Of a stretch of DNA of 64,000 bases, positions 58,338-64,000 are shown one piece after another. Position 1 is the first letter of the stretch. Every line of letters begins with the position of its first letter. The stretch is from Clostridia bacterium. Its GTDB lineage: Bacteria > Bacillota > Clostridia > Christensenellales > UBA1242. Location: contig JAFUSR010000004.1 of assembly GCA_017467585.1 (NCBI GenBank), forward strand, positions 141,918 through 205,917, written 5' to 3'. The position numbers and the translations under genes were made by a program. Under the pieces are notes generated by a model, which worked only from the letters and a program-made list of their open reading frames with translations, did no database searches and had not been told where the DNA came from.

Positions 58338-59218
58338 AAAAAATTGTTTCTATTGTTGGATTGACCAGTTCTGGCAAAAGCGGATTAGCACTTGAACTTG
58401 CCAAATTTTTTGATGCGGAAATTGTTTCTGCCGACAGTCGTCAGATTTATCGTGGCATGAATTGGTGCACAGGCAAAGAGACTCCTGAAGAACTCTCTTT
58501 GGTTCCGCACCATTTGATAGACATATTAAACCCTGGGGAATTATATAATCTTGCTGAGTATCAAAAAGATGCATATCAGGCCATTGATGGTATTCTTGCT
58601 CGCGGTAAATTGCCAATTTTGGTTGGTGGAACTGGGCTTTATGTGAGAAGCGTGGTTGATGGCTACAATCTTTCAGAAGCTGCTGTTGATCAAACAAGAC
58701 GAGAACAATTAAACGGCCTTTCAAGAGACAAGCTGCTTGAAAAATTAAAACAACTTGGGATAACAAATGTAGACACTCAAAAAAGCAATCGTCATCTTGT
58801 TAGACTGATAGAAAAAGCAGAGGTTGGCGATGCACAAGAAAAGGCTCACAAACCTAAATATGATGTTTTGCAACTTGCAATTAAGTGGACTCGCGAAGAA
58901 ATTTATGATAGAATAGAAAAGAGATTAGACGACAGGCTGCCTCACATTTTGACCGAAGTTAAACAGCTTGTTGATGATGGAGTTTCGCGCGAATTTATGT
59001 TTCGCATGGGGCTTGAAGCTAAAATGGCAACCGAGTATCTTGATGGGAAATTTGACAGTTATGACCATTTTAGAAATGAACTTTTAAAAGAAGAAAGACA
59101 TTTTGCAAAGCGTCAAGACACATGGTTTAAAAAAGACACAAACACCATTTGGATTGATGGTCATGACAATTGCTTTGAAAGAGCAAAAGAACTAATAGAG
59201 AAATTTTTGGAGAAATAA
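58331..59218 (+). CDS. miaA: tRNA dimethylallyltransferase
   Basis: P-loop GLTSSGKS and SADSRQIYRGM motif. Confidence 0.92.
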   Translation: MVKKIVSIVGLTSSGKSGLALELAKFFDAEIVSADSRQIYRGMNWCTGKETPEELSLVPHHLIDILNPGELYNLAEYQKDAYQAIDGILARGKLPILVGGTGLYVRSVVDGYNLSEAAVDQTRREQLNGLSRDKLLEKLKQLGITNVDTQKSNRHLVRLIEKAEVGDAQEKAHKPKYDVLQLAIKWTREEIYDRIEKRLDDRLPHILTEVKQLVDDGVSREFMFRMGLEAKMATEYLDGKFDSYDHFRNELLKEERHFAKRQDTWFKKDTNTIWIDGHDNCFERAKELIEKFLEK

Positions 59219-59220
59219 TT

Positions 59221-60474
59221 ATGAAAATAAACACAAACCCAGTTAAAGGCACAATAGATTATTTGCCGGCAGACATGGAACTTAGACAGCAAGCTATTAA
59301 CAAAATTCTTGCAACTTTTAAGGCACATGGCTTTTTGCAGGTTAAAACGCCAATTTTAGAAAATCTTGAGTGGCTGACTCATGGTGATTCTGGCGACAAC
59401 CAAAAGCTTATGTTTAAAACAATTAAGCGAGGAGAAAAATTAGATTTAAGCAAACCAAACCTCACAGAAGAGGATATTGTTGAAGAGGGGCTTCGCTACG
59501 ACCTGACCGTTCCTCTTGCTAGACTATATGCTGGAAACAGGGAAAAACTGGTCTCTCCATTTAAGGCTATTCAGATTGATGAGAGTTTTCGTGCGGAAAA
59601 ACCACAGAGAGGCAGAAACAGGCAGTTTACACAGTGTGATATTGACATTTGGGGCGATGCCAGCATTTTTGCCGAGTGCGAAATTATGATTGCTGCCATG
59701 CAGGCATATAAGGCTGTTGGAATTGGCAGTATTATTTTAAAGGTTAACGACAGAAGGGCTCTTGCAAGCATTATTAAGTGGGTTGGCTTTGACCCAGCCG
59801 ATGCTAACAGGGTTTGTGTTAGTCTCGACAAACTCGACAAAATTGGGGAAGAAAAGGTTGCGCAAGAAATTTTTATTAATTTTGCTCACCTTGACGGAAT
59901 TGAAAAGAAGGCAAAACAGCTTGTTCAAATTATCTCTAGACTCAAAAATGGAACACCTGCTGACTTGCTTAAATATGGCGTTGAAAACGATGTGGTTGAA
60001 AACCTCGATAACCTTATCAAGGCATTGAAAAAATACACCACTGCACAGGTTGTTTTTGACATTACTGTTGTTCGTGGTCAGGGCTATTACACAGGCACAG
60101 TGTTTGAATGTTACACAACTGAAGGAAATTTCACTCGTGCAATTGGTGGTGGTGGAAGATATGATAGAATGCTTGAAAAGTTTTTCGGAACTTCTGTTCC
60201 TGCTGTTGGCTATAGCATTGGCCTTGATACAGTTGTTTTGTTGCTTCAGGAAGCCGGAAAAGGTGTTCAAGCAAACAAAATTGCATTAATTTATCCTAAA
60301 AATGCAGATTTATATACTGTTTTTGATGCAAAGAACAAACTTCTTGCAAGAAATTTTGAAGTTTCTGCCTTTGCAGAGCCAAAAAACTATAAAAATTTCT
60401 GCGAAAAGTTAAAGGCTAACAATTTTGTTGGAATAATTAAACTAGATAAACTTGATACTATGATTAGTCTGTAG
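59221..60474 (+). CDS. hisS: histidyl-tRNA synthetase
   Basis: Class II motif 2 (RGRNRQFTQCDIDIWG), motif 3 (GGGGRYD), C-terminal anticodon-binding-type domain. Confidence 0.85.
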   Translation: MKINTNPVKGTIDYLPADMELRQQAINKILATFKAHGFLQVKTPILENLEWLTHGDSGDNQKLMFKTIKRGEKLDLSKPNLTEEDIVEEGLRYDLTVPLARLYAGNREKLVSPFKAIQIDESFRAEKPQRGRNRQFTQCDIDIWGDASIFAECEIMIAAMQAYKAVGIGSIILKVNDRRALASIIKWVGFDPADANRVCVSLDKLDKIGEEKVAQEIFINFAHLDGIEKKAKQLVQIISRLKNGTPADLLKYGVENDVVENLDNLIKALKKYTTAQVVFDITVVRGQGYYTGTVFECYTTEGNFTRAIGGGGRYDRMLEKFFGTSVPAVGYSIGLDTVVLLLQEAGKGVQANKIALIYPKNADLYTVFDAKNKLLARNFEVSAFAEPKNYKNFCEKLKANNFVGIIKLDKLDTMISL

Positions 60475-60482
60475 GGGAAAAT

Positions 60483-61088
60483 ATGGATTTGGGAATTTTA
60501 CAATGGATAAATGCAAATCTTCACGGAAGTGAGTTTGTGAATCAACTATTTAAATATATTACTTACCTCGGAGAAAAGGGCATAATTTGGATTGTTCTTG
60601 GCGTTGTGTTATTGTGTTTTAAGAAAACACGAAAAGGTGGAGTTTTATTGCTTGTTAGCATTGGACTTGGGGTTTTGTTAAACAACTTTGTTATTAAGCC
60701 TCTTGTTGCTCGCCCAAGACCATTTGCTGCCGATTCAACCCTTGCAGATTTTATTACTTCGATTGGACTTAAACTTCCAACTGACTATAGCTTTCCTAGT
60801 GGTCACACACAAATTGCAATTAACTGTGCAATGTTTATGACGCTATACTTTAAGGGCAAGGGCGCTTGGACATGGATTCCGGCAGTTCTTGTTTCGCTCA
60901 GCAGAATCTTTTTGTGCGTGCACTATGTGACTGATGTTTTGGCCGCCGCTGCAATTGGTGCTGTTGTTGCACTTTTGGTTGCAACCCTTGGCAAAATGTT
61001 GTTAGACAAATTAATTACGCTGTGGCAAAGCGCAAACAAAAAAGAAGAAAAACTTGAGCAAAAGGAAGAACAAACAGAGCAGCAATAA
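60483..61088 (+). CDS. PAP2-family lipid phosphatase (undecaprenyl-diphosphatase/PgpB-like)
   Basis: KxxxxxxRP, PSGHT, SRxxxxxHxxxD motifs. Confidence 0.85.
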   Translation: MDLGILQWINANLHGSEFVNQLFKYITYLGEKGIIWIVLGVVLLCFKKTRKGGVLLLVSIGLGVLLNNFVIKPLVARPRPFAADSTLADFITSIGLKLPTDYSFPSGHTQIAINCAMFMTLYFKGKGAWTWIPAVLVSLSRIFLCVHYVTDVLAAAAIGAVVALLVATLGKMLLDKLITLWQSANKKEEKLEQKEEQTEQQ

Positions 61089-61104
61089 TTTGCTGCTTTT
61101 TTTG
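61079..61104 (+). terminator. intrinsic terminator overlapping the stop codon
   Basis: GCAGCAA-TAAT-TTGCTGC followed by T7. Confidence 0.75.
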
Positions 61105-61179
61105 CTTTTAAAAAAACTCTTGCGAAACATACTACAAATGTGGTATAAATATAATAAGAATATATAACTCGGAGAAATT

Positions 61180-62193
61180 ATGTTTAAATATCGCTATGAT
61201 GGTGTTTTTTCAAAAACTGCCGACCCAATTCTTGGAATAACATCTCACATTATGCCAAAAAGATATGACGCCATGGTTAATTTTCATCTGTCTGAGCGCT
61301 GCGAAGCCATGGATGAATATATTAAAAAAGTTGCAGAAGAAAAAGACATTAAATTAACTTATATGCACATTATGGTTGCTGCCATGGTTAGAATGTATGC
61401 TGAAAAGCCAATTCTAAACCGCTTTGTCATGAACGGAAGAGTTTTTGATAGAAAGGGAATTTATATTTGTTTTGCAATGAAAAAACAATTGAATGAGGAT
61501 GCACCAGAAGAAACAATAAAAATTAAATTCACTGGGGAAGAAACCATTTTCGATATTAAGAGAATGATAGATGAGGAGGTTTCTAAAGGTCGCAATGCTA
61601 ACGACAATGACGCTGTCAAAACAGCAGCGCTGTTAAAAGCAATTCCAAACGGACTGACTAAGTTTGCTGTTGGAACGCTTAAGTGGATGGACAAACACGG
61701 ATTCATGCCTCATCAAATTATCGATTTAAGCCCATTTCATGCTAGTGCGTGGTTAACGAACATGAAGAGTGTTTCAACTGAATATGTTTACCATCATTTG
61801 TATGATTTTGGAACAAGTTCGCTTTTTGTTGGTCTTGGAAAAGAAAAATTAGAGCCTGTGGTCAATCAATCTACAGGAGAGCTTGAAGTTGGGAAAATGC
61901 TTCATGCCGGAATTGTTATTGATGAGCGAATTTGTGATGGATTTTATTATGCTAAAAGCATAAAAGTTATTCGCAAACTTTTGAGAAATCCAGAACTTTT
62001 GGAAAAACCATTCGAACTTTCTGAAGAACAAAAACTTTTGAACTGGCCAAAAGACAAGGTGAAGAGTCTCAAAAAAGAGATTAAAGCTCGCAAAAAGGCA
62101 GAAAAAAAAGAAAATAAAGTTCAAAAGAAACAACAAAAGAAGACTCAAAAAGCTCAAAAAAGAGAACAAAAACAATTAAAAAAGGCTGCGTAA
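61180..62193 (+). CDS. stand-alone 2-oxoacid-dehydrogenase-E2-like (CAT-fold) acyltransferase domain protein with Lys-rich tail
   Basis: C-terminal ..GIVIDERICDGFYYAKS.. corresponds to the E2 DHRxxDG box. No lipoyl domain. Confidence 0.7.
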   Translation: MFKYRYDGVFSKTADPILGITSHIMPKRYDAMVNFHLSERCEAMDEYIKKVAEEKDIKLTYMHIMVAAMVRMYAEKPILNRFVMNGRVFDRKGIYICFAMKKQLNEDAPEETIKIKFTGEETIFDIKRMIDEEVSKGRNANDNDAVKTAALLKAIPNGLTKFAVGTLKWMDKHGFMPHQIIDLSPFHASAWLTNMKSVSTEYVYHHLYDFGTSSLFVGLGKEKLEPVVNQSTGELEVGKMLHAGIVIDERICDGFYYAKSIKVIRKLLRNPELLEKPFELSEEQKLLNWPKDKVKSLKKEIKARKKAEKKENKVQKKQQKKTQKAQKREQKQLKKAA

Positions 62194-62208
62194 AAACGCA
62201 GTTTTTTT
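62186..62208 (+). terminator. intrinsic terminator
   Basis: CTGCG-TAAAAA-CGCAG followed by T7. Confidence 0.65.
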
Positions 62209-62245
62209 ATTTTGATTAAAGAAACAATTTTTTTGTGAAAAAGGG

Positions 62246-62274
62246 TTGCAAAAAATTTATAATTAGTATATAAT
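62246..62274 (+). promoter_or_regulatory. near-consensus promoter of the tRNA-Asn transcript
   Basis: TTGCAA-17 nt-TATAAT. Confidence 0.7.
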
Positions 62275-62311
62275 AGCATCACTTGGTCAGAAATGGCCGG
62301 TTAACTATTAT

Positions 62312-62330
62312 TCCTCCTTAGCTCAGCCGG
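62312..62330 (+). pseudogene. truncated 5' copy of tRNA-Asn (acceptor 5' strand to D-loop)
   Basis: A 25-nt direct repeat TATTATTCCTCCTTAGCTCAGCCGG occurs at 62306-62330 and 62490-62514 (offset 184 nt). The first copy continues into unrelated GC-rich sequence. Confidence 0.7.
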
Positions 62331-62495
62331 CGCGATGCGTTAAGCGAAGTTGCCTGCGCGCAAGTGAGCAGCCCAAGCGGGAGCAAAACTATGTTTTGCG
62401 AGTGGAAGACCTGGGGCTACCGAATAAGTTAATCTTTCACAGAACCGGTTTTTGAAATATTTAAGCAATTTCAAAAACAAACAACAATTTATTAT

Positions 62496-62571
62496 TCCTC
62501 CTTAGCTCAGCCGGTAGAGCGCTCGACTGTTAATCGATAGGTCGTTGGTTCGAGTCCAACAGGGGGAGCCA
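62496..62571 (+). tRNA. tRNA-Asn (anticodon GUU), CCA encoded
   Basis: Manual cloverleaf: TCCTCCT/AGGGGGA acceptor, GCTC/GAGC D stem, anticodon loop CTGTTAA, GTTGG-TTCGAGT-CCAAC T arm. 76 nt. Confidence 0.92.
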
Positions 62572-62576
62572 AAAAA

Positions 62577-62597
62577 CGCCGAAAGGCGCTTTTTTTA
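62577..62597 (+). terminator. short GC hairpin terminator after tRNA-Asn
   Basis: CGCC-GAAA-GGCG followed by CT7. Confidence 0.55.
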
Positions 62598-62599
62598 TT

Positions 62600-62657
62600 G
62601 CGACCTACACGAGCGTTAGCGAGTATAGGTTCGATTTTGAACCTAATCAGGGAGCCA
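62600..62657 (+). other. tRNA 3'-half-like remnant
   Basis: ..TAGGTTCGATTTTGAACCTAATCAGGGAGCCA shares GGTTCGA and GGGAGCCA with the tRNA-Asn 3' end. No complete cloverleaf can be drawn. Confidence 0.45.
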
Positions 62658-62663
62658 AATTGA

Positions 62664-62697
62664 GGGCAAGTTGAAAGTAACTTGCTCTTTTTTTCTT
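62664..62697 (+). terminator. intrinsic terminator
   Basis: GGGCAAGTT-GAAAGT-AACTTGCTC followed by T7. Confidence 0.75.
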
Positions 62698-62731
62698 TTC
62701 TTTTTTGTTGTTCTTTGATATAATTTTTATT

Positions 62732-63799
62732 ATGAAGAAACGTGTAAAAAAAGTTATTAGCATTATTGGTGTTATTGTTGCAATTGTGTTTGCAATTACC
62801 TGCGGTGTTTATTTTGTTTTTTTGCATAGATATTCAGGCAAAAATATTGAATATGCGTGGAGCATGTCAGACGCATTTGAAATAAACCAAATTGGAACGG
62901 TGACAAAACAAAAAGATAAAGAGTTTGTCATTTTAAATTTGGCTGATGTTCAAATGTGTGATCTCGAAGATTTTTTTCATATGAGAACAATTTATAATGA
63001 GTTGCTTTATTTGGTGAGAGAAACAAAACCAGATTTAATAACACTGACTGGTGACCAAACATGGAGTAACGAAAATTTGATAAGTTTGACAACTCTTATT
63101 GGTTGGTTAGACTCTTTTAAAATTCCGTATGCTCCAGTTTTTGGTAACCATGATTATGGAAACGAATTAAATTCTGCAGTTGCAAGCGAACAGTTTTGTT
63201 GTGATTTGTATGAACAGGGGAAATATAGTTTGTTTAAGCGTGGGCCATCTAATTTAGGATCACTTGGAAACTATGTTGTGAACATTGTTGAAGATGGCCA
63301 AATTTATAAAACACTATATATGATTAATTCTGGTTATGAAGACACAATTTCAGATGAACAGATTCAGTGGGTTAAATGGAATGCCGAAGGAATAAAATCT
63401 TATAATCATGGTGAATATGCAGACGGAGTATGTTTTTTGCATAAGCCGCTTCCAGAATATGAGTTAGCTTTTGAAAACTATATTTTAGGGGATAATAGTG
63501 TTGAGGCTGTTGGCGATGTGAATGTTCATTATTCATTGTTTGGCTCACAGCAAAATGGTTTTTTTGAACAAGCAAAAAATATTGGCGTGACTGACATTGT
63601 TTGTGGGCATCAGCATGGGAATAACTTTACATTAAAATATCAAGGCATACGCCTTACATTTGCCCTAAAAACTGGTGAACTTGGTGGGTACTATGAAGAT
63701 GACAAAGTTTATTTAAATGGGGCAACAACAATTGCTTTTAACAATAATGCGACCACAATCGATAGTCATTTTGTTGAAAGAAACAAATTTCACATTTAG
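62732..63799 (+). CDS. membrane-anchored calcineurin-like metallophosphoesterase
   Basis: GDQTW, GNHD, GHQH motifs. N-terminal TM helix. Start moved to ATG 62732, which sits 7 nt after (TGA)TATAAT. Confidence 0.8.
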   Translation: MKKRVKKVISIIGVIVAIVFAITCGVYFVFLHRYSGKNIEYAWSMSDAFEINQIGTVTKQKDKEFVILNLADVQMCDLEDFFHMRTIYNELLYLVRETKPDLITLTGDQTWSNENLISLTTLIGWLDSFKIPYAPVFGNHDYGNELNSAVASEQFCCDLYEQGKYSLFKRGPSNLGSLGNYVVNIVEDGQIYKTLYMINSGYEDTISDEQIQWVKWNAEGIKSYNHGEYADGVCFLHKPLPEYELAFENYILGDNSVEAVGDVNVHYSLFGSQQNGFFEQAKNIGVTDIVCGHQHGNNFTLKYQGIRLTFALKTGELGGYYEDDKVYLNGATTIAFNNNATTIDSHFVERNKFHI

Positions 63800-63863
63800 T
63801 CATTCATTTTAGTTTATTTTGTTTATGAAAAAATGGTATTATGAAAACAGGAGAAGACAAATT

Positions 63864-64000
63864 ATGTTGGGTTACAAATTTTTTGATTATAAATACAATA
63901 TTCAAAATTTTAGTTCAGATCTTTTTAGTGTTGAACACATAATTTTTATTGTTCTATCGTTTGTTTTGGTTCCGCTAATTTGTATTTTGTTGAGAAAAAC
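63864..64000 (+). CDS. partial membrane protein (5' end only), possibly a third YwaF/TMEM164-like paralog
   Basis: AGGAGA SD. MLGYKFFDYKYNIQNFSSDLFSVEHIIFIVLSFVLVPL.. runs off the window. Confidence 0.5.
   Translation, partial: MLGYKFFDYKYNIQNFSSDLFSVEHIIFIVLSFVLVPLICILLRK

Noticed and set aside
59221-60474. HisZ (ATP-phosphoribosyltransferase regulatory subunit) instead of HisS
   Set aside because: The protein keeps class II motifs 2 and 3 and a C-terminal anticodon-binding-type domain. No his biosynthesis genes are nearby. I cannot fully exclude HisZ without a search.
62351-62380. SRP (4.5S/scRNA) domain IV-like element: a GNRA tetraloop (GCAA) followed by GTG-AGCA-GCC, resembling the 3' side of the conserved SRP RNA symmetric loop
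   Set aside because: The 5' side lacks the conserved AGG loop residues and the GGU pairing partner for GCC. No long closing hairpin of the 5' and 3' ends can be drawn. This is a superficial resemblance only.
62312-62657. Split or intron-containing tRNA formed by the 5' fragment (62312-62330) and the 3'-like remnant (62600-62657)
   Set aside because: The acceptor strands TCCTCCT and TCAGGGA pair at only 4 of 7 positions. No anticodon arm can be built. A complete, independently folding tRNA-Asn lies between the pieces.

Overview
AT-rich chromosomal window from a low-GC Gram-positive (Bacillota-like) bacterium. The taxonomic guess rests on the DnaD/DnaI primosome pair, Mini-RNase III, a SigH-like sigma factor, DegV paralogs and CCA-encoded tRNAs. 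The standard genetic code fits all long ORFs. About 62 protein genes are supported. Housekeeping genes: rpoC 3' part, gltX, mrnC-rlmB-sigH-like, dnaX-ybaB-recR, proS, hisS, miaA, rlmD, dnaD-like/dnaI. Central and folate metabolism: ppdK, xfp, folD-thyA-folA. Lipid-related genes: acyl-ACP thioesterase, two DegV genes, PAP2, and a serine-palmitoyltransferase-like enzyme plus SDR pair. A ~10 kb polysaccharide locus spans 41.2-51.0 kb with a priming sugar transferase, uppS, a Wzy-like protein, five glycosyltransferases and Wzx. There are two tRNA loci, tRNA-Thr(GGU) on the minus strand and tRNA-Asn(GUU) on the plus strand, and each is accompanied by a partial or degenerate tRNA copy. I saw no rRNA, IS element, integrase or CRISPR array. 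The most unusual content is a small accessory patch at 20.7-25.2 kb next to tRNA-Thr. It holds a monocistronic 597-aa protein with two R-N-x-x-x-H (HEPN-type) motifs placed near its N- and C-terminal ends. That layout recalls Cas13b-type effectors, but there are no cas genes or repeats nearby. Other points worth a second look: the Spt-like/SDR two-gene operon, an orphan divergent HTH pair with twin palindromic operators, the rearranged tRNA-Asn locus with a GC-rich insert, several apparently leaderless gene starts, and an E2-like acyltransferase in which Glu replaces the canonical catalytic His. All functional calls come from motifs read by eye in the supplied translations. No database search was run.
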